From Bdellovibrionota bacterium (GTDB taxonomy: Bacteria > Bdellovibrionota_C > UBA2361 > JAAYZI01), in the NCBI GenBank assembly GCA_050950765.1, contig JBMNIF010000005.1, positions 32,001-96,000 of the forward strand: 64,000 bases of DNA. The letters are read 5' to 3'. Numbering within the stretch: position 1 is the stretch's first letter; every line of letters begins with the position of its first letter. A model generated the notes under the pieces. The model had not been told where the DNA came from. It saw nothing but the letters and a program-made list of their open reading frames with translations, and ran no database searches. Shown here in pieces: positions 9,783 through 18,128 of this stretch. A program made the translations under genes and the position numbers.

Positions 9783-11018
9783 TCAAATCACAAATTTTCC
9801 TTTCTTAATAATATCTATCTTCTCTCCATTCCTAGTTTCGGCTATTACATCAACCTCAGGAGATGAAATCATGATATCTTTATGAAAATTACTAAAATTA
9901 AATCCTTCGTTTTCGAGTTCTTCCCTAGTCATCTTATCGCTTCCTTTAATAATATGTTCAAACCCACGACCTAAAGCGATATGACAGGCCGCATTTTCAT
10001 CAAAAAGAATCTCTTCAAAAATATGTCCACTTTGAAAAATAGGGGAGTCGGTGCCAACTAAAGCGACTTCACCAAGTCTTGAAGCCCCATCGTCGGCTTC
10101 AATAAAACTAGCAAAATTTTCTTTTCCTTCAGTAGCATCAAAATCCGTAACTACGCCATTAGTAAAAGTCATCCTTAGATCTCTTACTTGCTTTTCACTA
10201 ATAAGAATTGGGCGAGTAGCTTTCACTGTTCCCCTTACCGTTCTCCAATCTGGAGTGGTATAAATTTCCTCAGAAGGAATATTTGCCTCAAATGATATTC
10301 CATCATCTGTCATCGTGGAACCACCAGAAAACGTGGCTTTAGGAGAGAGACCAATGTATAAATCTGTATCTGGTCCTGAAAAATGAAATTCTTTTATATT
10401 AAAAGAAGATAATCTTTCTATGCGTGATTTTATTTCTTTATCTCTTTTTAGCCAAAGTTCTAAGCAATCCTCTTTATCAACTAGACATATCTTAAAAATT
10501 TGCTCCCATAAAGCACTTTCAGCTTCTTTTTCTGTCAAAGAGGGGAAAACTTTCTTCCCCCATTTAGGAGTTGCCATAGCGGCAATGCACCAAGTAAATT
10601 TTTTCTGCCCGATGCCCTCTTCATAAAATTTTTTAGCAGCTCGTTTTACGGCAAGTTCCCGAGCAGTAATTTTTTTAGGGTCTTCATTGCTTAAAATATC
10701 TGGGTCTTCGTGACAACGAAGTCTTAAGGTTGAAATCCTTTTTTCTACAAATTCATCAAATTTTTTAACCTGATAATCGAGCATTAAACTTATATCTTCA
10801 ATATCTGTTTTGCTTATGCGAAGCTTTTCCATTCTACTGTCGATTAAATCTAAATATACCGCCTTTGCTCCCATATCATAGGCTTTCTCTGCTATAAGCA
10901 CGGCAAAATCTCTGCCATAACATTCAACTTGAATATTTAAAATCCCGCCTTTTTGTATATTAACGCCATGAGTTAAAATTAAATCTGCATATCTGTTAAG
11001 TAAAATATCCATATCCAT
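9783..11018 (-). CDS. Aminopeptidase, peptidase M29 (AmpS/PepS/AmpT) family
   Basis: ANIPSEEIYTTP, LGEVALV, LFDENAACHIALG, SNFHKDIM motifs. Confidence 0.92.
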   Translation of the reverse strand: MDMDILLNRYADLILTHGVNIQKGGILNIQVECYGRDFAVLIAEKAYDMGAKAVYLDLIDSRMEKLRISKTDIEDISLMLDYQVKKFDEFVEKRISTLRLRCHEDPDILSNEDPKKITARELAVKRAAKKFYEEGIGQKKFTWCIAAMATPKWGKKVFPSLTEKEAESALWEQIFKICLVDKEDCLELWLKRDKEIKSRIERLSSFNIKEFHFSGPDTDLYIGLSPKATFSGGSTMTDDGISFEANIPSEEIYTTPDWRTVRGTVKATRPILISEKQVRDLRMTFTNGVVTDFDATEGKENFASFIEADDGASRLGEVALVGTDSPIFQSGHIFEEILFDENAACHIALGRGFEHIIKGSDKMTREELENEGFNFSNFHKDIMISSPEVDVIAETRNGEKIDIIKKGKFVI

Positions 11019-11260
11019 AAAGTAAATTTCCTAAAAAACTATACTAGTACCATACTAATTTGATTAGAGTTCTTTTCCAATCTAAGCGATGCTAATATTA
11101 TTGGAGTATTTTATTAAAACCTAAATACCACAATTTTTATCTTTGCCCCATTCCAAAAATAAACCAGCGTATTTTTGTTCTGTCTCTGATGGAAATGGAT
11201 TTTGTCATTCCACAAAGATGTAGCTACCATGCCTGAGCTTGTTGTTCAATGTTGTGCTTA

Positions 11261-11575
11261 GCACTCCCTTTAGGGACAACTGTACGGGCTGCAACTGCAG
11301 AGCGAAGCAGCTAGATCTCTACGGAGGTTAAAAATTTGGTACCACCCACCACTGCCGATCGAACGGGCTGCAATGACAAAACAGATCGGCTAGATCTCTA
11401 CGGAAGTTAAAAATTTAGTGCCACCCTTTGGGGACAACTGTACGGGCTGCAACTGCAGAGCGAAGCAACTAGATCTCTACGGAGGTTAAAAAGGTGCCAC
11501 CCACCACTGCCGATCGAACGGGCTGCAACAGAAAAACGAATCAGCCAGATCTCGACGGAGGTTAAAAATTTGGTG
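11261..11575 (-). repeat. Mosaic repeat array 4 (GGGTGGCACC-core family, minus orientation)
   Basis: About four module-A units immediately after the stop of the 11586..12554 gene. Confidence 0.9.
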
Positions 11576-11585
11576 AGGTCGAGCG

Positions 11586-12554
11586 TTATAGGAGTGTAAG
11601 AAGTTTGTTAAAAACAACCTCTTCCTCAATATCAGAGACACGACCTGTTTCGGCTTGAATAACAAACTCTTCGCAGCGGTATGGTGCTACTCGACGCACT
11701 TCTGTCGGGCCGAAAAAAGCGATATACGGTGTGCCGACAGCAGCAGCGATATGTCCTGGTCCCGAATCAGGCCCTAGTGCAACGTGTGCATTTGCTAAGA
11801 GATCTACCAACTGCGGTAAAGTTGTTTGCCCTACCTTATTATCAATCAGAACACTTTGACACTTTGTGACGATCTCCTCCGCTGCAGCTTTCTGTGATGA
11901 GTCTCCTAATAAAACGACCTTCCTTTGTAATTTATCGACAATCTGTTTTATTAAGACGGTGTACCGTTCCTTCGGCCAATCTTTTTCGACCTTAGATGAG
12001 CCAAGCACAATAGCTATTGAGTCGTCTTTTTTAACTGTACTTAAGTTAAAACCGAAATCCAACGGCTCTTCCCAAGTAAGTCCTAACTGCTCAACAAACT
12101 TCATGTAATGATAAATTTTAGGAAAGTCATTTTCGCAACGTGGAATATATTCCGTATTAAAAAGATAATTAAACTCTTTAGCATTTTTCGGGTGAAAACC
12201 GACACGACGCTTTGAACCTGAGAGATATGAAAAAAAACCGCTTTTAAGATGCCTCTGCATATCCAAAGTAACATCAAATTTTGAAGCTTTTAATTCTTTA
12301 ATGATCTGCTTTACTCCAGCTAGACCACGTTTTCTTTCAAAAACCATTAGTTTATCTATTCCGGAAATTCGTTGTGCGATACTTTTCCATTTATCTTCAA
12401 CTAGCCAAGTAACTTTTGCTTGAGGCAGTTGTTCTTTTAGTGGCTTTAATATAGCAAAGCCTCTAACTAGATCGCCCAAAGAGCCTGTCAAAACAACTAA
12501 GATGGAAGAGATCGCACCTTGAACGTGCGAAAGATTATTGCTGTGGTCTGTCAT
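11586..12554 (-). CDS. Glycosyltransferase family 9 (LPS heptosyltransferase)
   Basis: GSLGDLV, KDWP, GPDSGPGHIAAAVGTP motifs. Confidence 0.88.
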   Translation of the reverse strand: MTDHSNNLSHVQGAISSILVVLTGSLGDLVRGFAILKPLKEQLPQAKVTWLVEDKWKSIAQRISGIDKLMVFERKRGLAGVKQIIKELKASKFDVTLDMQRHLKSGFFSYLSGSKRRVGFHPKNAKEFNYLFNTEYIPRCENDFPKIYHYMKFVEQLGLTWEEPLDFGFNLSTVKKDDSIAIVLGSSKVEKDWPKERYTVLIKQIVDKLQRKVVLLGDSSQKAAAEEIVTKCQSVLIDNKVGQTTLPQLVDLLANAHVALGPDSGPGHIAAAVGTPYIAFFGPTEVRRVAPYRCEEFVIQAETGRVSDIEEEVVFNKLLTLL

Positions 12555-13248
12555 AATTCTTTAATAATTCAACACAAAATAATTCTGAAAGATACTCAGG
12601 GAGGTGGTGTTTAATTACAGCACGCCTCCAGCGACATAAGTAGTAATCTCTCAACGAGTTAAGGGAACGCTTATAAAGATAAGCTTTATCAAAATCTATA
12701 ATATATGCTTTCTCATAAGGATCAACTAAAACATTTCCTGGATGTAAATCTATGTGACAGATACGATTTTCTATCAGTATATCAATCTGTTTGGTAACCT
12801 CTGGCATAACCTTTCTGGCACGGTCTTCATCTGTAAGAGAGAGTTCTGCTAAAGTCTTGTTGTTAACGATCTCTTGCGTAATGAGCCACGCCTTATAAAC
12901 AAAATGTCCTTGAACAATAAAAGCTATCGGCTTAGGAGTGTGGATCCCGAGAGCTTTTATCTTTCTTAAAATTTCAAACTCCGGTTGTGGACGAAATTTA
13001 CCAAATTTAAAATAATAACTTTTATTAACGTAATTTACTAATCCGCCATGAGTATAACGCTTAACAACAACCTTGCCGATTTTTGGCAAATCAGTGTGGC
13101 TGATAAAGCCTCTGCCTGAGAGGGGACCTTTTCTTTCCTCCGGAGGAAGTTTTGTTGTTTCAATGATGCAATCTAGATCTGATTCCTTTAATTCCTCAAA
13201 AGAACCGATGAGAAACCCATTGTGTTGTTTGATTTTAATATCAGTCAT
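12535..13248 (-). CDS. Kdo/lipopolysaccharide kinase (KdkA-like)
   Basis: VVKRYTHGGL, HIDLHPGNVLV, IIDFDK kinase motifs; lies between two GT9 genes. Confidence 0.75.
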   Translation of the reverse strand: MTDIKIKQHNGFLIGSFEELKESDLDCIIETTKLPPEERKGPLSGRGFISHTDLPKIGKVVVKRYTHGGLVNYVNKSYYFKFGKFRPQPEFEILRKIKALGIHTPKPIAFIVQGHFVYKAWLITQEIVNNKTLAELSLTDEDRARKVMPEVTKQIDILIENRICHIDLHPGNVLVDPYEKAYIIDFDKAYLYKRSLNSLRDYYLCRWRRAVIKHHLPEYLSELFCVELLKNYDRPQQ

Positions 13249-14278
13249 TTTCTTCTTTTAGAAGCGACTCGATTGCTTCCATAACGGTAGTAGCAGAGAT
13301 TCCATCTATACAAGCATTCGTTCCATTTGGACACTTCATAGAGCCGTGTCTAGCGCACGGCTTACAACTTAACCCTTCTTTTTCAACGATAATAGCTCGA
13401 TTCTTCCATGGACCGAAACCAAAACTTGGCGAAGTAGCACAAAATATAGCAACAGTTGGTATTTTGAAGGCCGATCCCAAGTGCATCGGCATTGAATCAT
13501 TACACACCAACACTGCTGCTTTACTAATCAGATACATAGTATCAGATAAGGAGAGCTTACCCGCTAAATTTACATCTTCATTATTTATACATATCTCTTC
13601 AGCTAACTCTTTATCTTCTGCTCCACCGACAACAAAAACATCAATCCCCTTCTTTCTCAGTTGTTGTAAAACATCTTTAAAGCCATCAGCACTCCAACGT
13701 TTAGTTTTCCAAACGCTACCTGGCGCCAGTACAACCCAACGTTCTTTCCCAAGAATGGCATTTTTTAAGATTTCACTAATATCGTTATCTTTAGGGGGGA
13801 AAAGACGCATTTCAGCAGGCGCCGTCTCCAATTCATCAGGATCAAGTATTATTGATAAATTACGCAAGACATCGTGTTTGTCCATAGGACGTACGCGAGT
13901 TTTGTCATAAAAAATCGGTGAAAACTTTGCATTTGAAAAGCCGATAATTTCAGGGATCTTCGCAAATTTTAACAATAACGCCGTACGGATTGATCGTTGT
14001 AGAGCAAACGCCATATCAAAGTGCTTAGCTCGCAATTCCTTAGCTTTTCTTAATAATCCGAAGAGTCCAGAAGATGAATGACGTTTATCAAAAACGAGTG
14101 CCTCTGATATTAACGGATCTCGAGAAAGAATACTTTTTGCAGCAGGGGTAGTTAAGACGCTTATTTCGGCTTGCGGAAATTTTGATTTTACCGCTGCAAT
14201 AACCGGACTGGATAGGATCACATCCCCTAAAAAACTTGTTTGTACAATTAAGATTTTCATAAGGGCGTAGTATGCCAC
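13241..14278 (-). CDS. waaF: LPS heptosyltransferase II (GT9)
   Basis: MKILIVQTSFLGDVIL, APGSVWKTKRW, CNDSMPMH, CKPC motifs; true start probably the internal Met of MKILIV. Confidence 0.8.
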   Translation of the reverse strand: MAYYALMKILIVQTSFLGDVILSSPVIAAVKSKFPQAEISVLTTPAAKSILSRDPLISEALVFDKRHSSSGLFGLLRKAKELRAKHFDMAFALQRSIRTALLLKFAKIPEIIGFSNAKFSPIFYDKTRVRPMDKHDVLRNLSIILDPDELETAPAEMRLFPPKDNDISEILKNAILGKERWVVLAPGSVWKTKRWSADGFKDVLQQLRKKGIDVFVVGGAEDKELAEEICINNEDVNLAGKLSLSDTMYLISKAAVLVCNDSMPMHLGSAFKIPTVAIFCATSPSFGFGPWKNRAIIVEKEGLSCKPCARHGSMKCPNGTNACIDGISATTVMEAIESLLKEEND

Positions 14279-14410
14279 TATGCTAAAATAAGATGCAAAT
14301 ATAAAGAAAAGAAGAACGGTGTTTTATTGATGCCTGTTATACTTCACCCTCTTTTCCTTTAGATAAATGAACTTTTCGTCGATAAAAGACGGAGGATTTA
14401 GGTTATTGAA

Positions 14411-15382
14411 GTGTCACTATCATGCCAATGGCACTTTATAATCGGTGACAAAAATAATACGTTGCGTTTTACACTTAATATGACAACTGTCAATAAAAAC
14501 ATCGGATATCAAAAAGCGGCTGGTCAAAAAAAACCTTTAGCGCAAAACGCCTATCTTAGGCTAGCGCTTCCTCCTGAAAAAAACATTCACGCAACTACCT
14601 CTAGGATGATAAGAGATCACGGACTGCATATATCTAATTTTGCAGCTTGGGCGATTCAAGATCCGATTTTAGTTATCGAATTACTTCGTCGTGCTAATGC
14701 AATCCGTTTTTCCAGAGATGCAGAGATCTCATCAGTACATACTGCTGTTATTCGTTTAGGTGAGGATAGCGTTAGCGGAATTCTAACTTCTTTAAAAACG
14801 CGTAGACCTTTTAAAGATCAAGAGATGCAAGGCTTGTTTGAAATGTATCGAGATAAGGCGCGTAGGACTTCTATTATCGCAAAATATATGGCGAATTGGT
14901 TGCTAAGTTCTTTTAGCGAAAAGTGCCAAACCGCCGCTGTCCTAAGTACTATGGGAGACATGTTGGCGATTGCTTCTTTAGGGGATGAATATTTAATGTT
15001 GGCAAGGAGTCAAGTTCGAGCACAGATTAATTACCTTTTGAAACGAGACTACTCTTTTGATATTGAAAAAGCAGCACTTAAATATTTGCGGTTAAATGGT
15101 GTGCCGGACATCCTTGTTGATACCTTGAGTCACGATGCGAAACTATCTTCAAAGGAACAAAACACCATGCGCACGATCTGCTTTGCAGCAGAAGAATTAG
15201 TAAATGCTTTTGATGCTCATAAATGGGAAAAGATGGCACCAGGTGAACCCCTCCCATCAAAGAGCTATATTCGTTTGTTGTGTATGGATGCTCGTCAATA
15301 CGCCAAAATATTTTCAGTAGCGACAAAATACCTTTATTCAGTCAGACAAAAAAACGAGCGCTCCGACACCACAAATTCTTAA
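14411..15382 (+). CDS. Stand-alone HDOD-domain protein
   Basis: QDPILVIELLRRAN and ISSVHTAVIRLG HDOD signature; start uncertain. Confidence 0.75.
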   Translation: MSLSCQWHFIIGDKNNTLRFTLNMTTVNKNIGYQKAAGQKKPLAQNAYLRLALPPEKNIHATTSRMIRDHGLHISNFAAWAIQDPILVIELLRRANAIRFSRDAEISSVHTAVIRLGEDSVSGILTSLKTRRPFKDQEMQGLFEMYRDKARRTSIIAKYMANWLLSSFSEKCQTAAVLSTMGDMLAIASLGDEYLMLARSQVRAQINYLLKRDYSFDIEKAALKYLRLNGVPDILVDTLSHDAKLSSKEQNTMRTICFAAEELVNAFDAHKWEKMAPGEPLPSKSYIRLLCMDARQYAKIFSVATKYLYSVRQKNERSDTTNS

Positions 15383-16387
15383 CCTCCGTAGAGATCTAGC
15401 TGACTCGCTTTTTAATTACAGCCCGTACAGTTTTTTAACCCCCGTCAAGATCTAGCTAACTCGTTTTGTAGTTCCAGCCCGCTCGATTGTCCTTAGAGGG
15501 TGCTTTACTGGTGGGTGGCACCAGAAACCACCACTCTCTGCAGTTGCAGCCCGTTCAGCTGTCCCTGAAGGGTGGCACCAAATTTTTAACCTCCGTAGAA
15601 AACTAACCGATTCGCTCTGCAGTTGCAGCCCGTTCTATTGTCTCTGAAGGGTGGCACCAAATTCGCCAAGCCTAAGCTTATGCTAACATCTTGATATTAT
15701 TAGCAGCCCACCTTAACTAAAAGAAGGGTGGCACCAGAAACGACCACTCTCTGCAGTTGCAGCCCGTTCTATTGTCTCTGAAGGGTGGCACCAAATTTTT
15801 AACCTCCGTAAAGATCTAACCGATTCACTCTGCAGTTGCAGCCCGTTCTATTGTCCCTGAAGGGTGGCACTAAATTCGCCAAGCCTAAGTTTTTGTTAAC
15901 ATCTTGATATTATTAGTTATTGTAATTTTAGCGTCTTTTTTACTGGTGGGTGGCACCAGTGCTGCAGCCCGCCGTTCTGCCAAAAATGAAGGGTGGCACC
16001 AAATTTTTAACCCCCGTCCAGATCTAGCTAGTTTTGTCTTCAGTTGCAGCCCGTTCTGCGATCCCTAAAGGGTGGCACCAAATTTTTAACCCCATCAAGA
16101 TCTAGCCGATCTGTTTTGTCATTGCAGCCCGTCCAATCGGCACTGAAGGGTGGCACCAAAACCACCAAACCTTAAGCTTTTACTAACATCTTGATATTAT
16201 TAACTATCGTAATTTTAAAGTTTTTAGCACTGGTGGGTGGCACCAGATCCAAGCCCAGCCAAGTCAGAAGATCCCGTCTTACTGAAGGGTGGCACCAAAT
16301 TTTTGACCTCCGTAGAAAACTAACCGATTCGCTCTGCAGTTGCAGCCCGTTCAGCTGTCCCTAAAGGGTGGCACCAAATTTTTAACC
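15373..16387 (+). repeat. Mosaic repeat array 5 (GGGTGGCACC-core family, 13 cores)
   Basis: Cores at 15513, 15570, 15649, 15726, 15783, 15862, 15948, 15991, 16070, 16148, 16235, 16287, 16366. Confidence 0.95.
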
Positions 16388-16392
16388 TTAGA

Positions 16393-17373
16393 TTAGTTGA
16401 TTAAGACCCAGACCACTATGAATCCTAGTAAAACCAACAACAAGCCGAATCCGATAGAAAGGATAAGTTTATCTTCCAAAGATGCAAAAGAGTTATTCAG
16501 ATTTTGATGATTAGCGCCTTTCCTTACTCTGGGATAATCAAGTGCAAATGTCTCGTCTCCAAACTCATCTTCCGATGAGAGAACTCCAAAAGTTCCTGAG
16601 CGTTGTAGCTGCGCTGCCGCACGGACTCTCCTTTCACTCTCTTCCTCCTGCTCGGAAGGAACCCACTCTTTTAAATTAGAAGTAACCTCAGTAACAGTAG
16701 AGTGTGGTGTTTGCACCTGATTTATTGTCGGTTCATTAAAGAAGATCGTATAATTCAATAACCTAATACTATCGCAATCTTTCAAAACGGTCAGTTCCGT
16801 TATCTCAGTATCGTTTACCGTTACAGGAAATTCTTTAGCGACACTATACACAACAACATCTTCCCCACGACGCTCAATTACAAGTGACGGCTGTTCAAAG
16901 AGATCCCCCGGTAATTCCATATCTGATGTTGAGCCTCCCAAAACAAGAGCCCTACCATATTCAGGAACTGGAAGCTCTGAAACAAATTGTTCATTTCTCA
17001 AGACAATCAATGTGCGGTGGTTGATGGTAGAAATATCCGTAGCCGTTAGATCATCCCCATCGGGATGCCCCTCCGTTATCCTAAAATCCAGATTTGCCAA
17101 CTGCAAATCATCTCCAGATCGTAAAAGATGCCACTGATTAACAGGAAGCTTGACACCATTGATCCAAGAGCCGTTAGTACTTCCCACGTCCTGACATAAC
17201 CAAACTGAACCACAACTTAAGAGGATGGCGTGCTGCCTTGAAATAGCAGAGTTCGGGATTACGATATCAGCATCTTCAGCCTCTCTACCAATCGTATAAT
17301 AAGCGCCTGCAAGTTGCGCGATAGGGGTGCTCACCCCTTCCTCAATCTGTTCTAATATAAACGTACTATTCAT
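16393..17373 (-). CDS. FHA-domain protein with C-terminal membrane anchor
   Basis: IGR...ISRQHA...DVGSTNGSWING canonical FHA; a second degenerate FHA-like region; hydrophobic C-terminus. Confidence 0.85.
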   Translation of the reverse strand: MNSTFILEQIEEGVSTPIAQLAGAYYTIGREAEDADIVIPNSAISRQHAILLSCGSVWLCQDVGSTNGSWINGVKLPVNQWHLLRSGDDLQLANLDFRITEGHPDGDDLTATDISTINHRTLIVLRNEQFVSELPVPEYGRALVLGGSTSDMELPGDLFEQPSLVIERRGEDVVVYSVAKEFPVTVNDTEITELTVLKDCDSIRLLNYTIFFNEPTINQVQTPHSTVTEVTSNLKEWVPSEQEEESERRVRAAAQLQRSGTFGVLSSEDEFGDETFALDYPRVRKGANHQNLNNSFASLEDKLILSIGFGLLLVLLGFIVVWVLIN

Positions 17374-17431
17374 AGTCTATCAATTATAAATACAAATAGG
17401 CGAACTTGTACATCACCGATTTTTAAAGTGA

Positions 17432-17710
17432 GATATCCCTAAAAATTATGCCGAAGAAGGACGCTAAGCGGTTTAGGTTAGGCATCTTCCCTTAAGTAGT
17501 ACACCCCTTCCCTGACTGCGCACTTGAGATGCTCCAAAAATTCCGTCTAAATAACGATTTATAAAAATGAATTATTCAAATAATTTAAGCAATACCCTCC
17601 TGCTCGTTGGTTAATTTATTCTATTGTGTTTCTCTTTTTACGGGATATCCTTAAAAATTATGCTGAAGAAGGACGCTAGGCGGTTTAGGTTAGGCATCTT
17701 CCCTTAAGTA
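17432..17710. repeat. Two 67-bp direct repeats (17432-17498, 17644-17710)
   Basis: GATATCCYTAAAAATTATGCYGAAGAAGGACGCTARGCGGTTTAGGTTAGGCATCTTCCCTTAAGTA twice, 3 mismatches. Confidence 0.9.
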
Positions 17711-17843
17711 ATGCCGTAAGCCTTTGTTGTGTAATTATAAGTAATAAGGAGGGATCATAAGGATAAAAAGTAAAGTAATGTATTTAAATTAGGCAGTCTA
17801 CATCAAACAACCGATCCTATTCTTTGAAATTGTGAGAGATATT

Positions 17844-18128
17844 TTAAACTTTTTTTGTGTGTTTTTTTTGCAGATTTTTTTCAATATTATCCAGTAGCAC
17901 AGCTACGGCGTGGAATAGCTCTTCAGGTATTTCAGAATCAACCTCTAATTCACTCATAGTTCTTGACAGATCTGGATCGTGCACTACAGGGATATCATAG
18001 CGCATAGCTATTTTTACAATATCGTCCGCCTGAAAAGTCTCTCCTTTAACAGTAACTGCGGGCGCAAAAGCCCCCTCTTCATAACTTAAACCCACCGCAC
18101 GGCTATATCTGAACTTATTGTTAGCCAT
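17844..18128 (-). CDS. FlhB/SctU C-terminal (CC) fragment as a separate gene (FlhX-like)
   Basis: RAVGLSY..APAVTVKG..ADDIVKIA..DIPV..LSR..EIPEELFHAVAVLL matches the post-NPTH part of FlhB/SctU. Confidence 0.88.
   Translation of the reverse strand: MANNKFRYSRAVGLSYEEGAFAPAVTVKGETFQADDIVKIAMRYDIPVVHDPDLSRTMSELEVDSEIPEELFHAVAVLLDNIEKNLQKKHTKKV

Noticed and set aside
14360..14390. Sigma-28-like promoter upstream of the HDOD gene (GTCGATAA); similar boxes near 2683 and 25370
   Set aside because: The -35 element and spacing match poorly; not supportable without TSS data.
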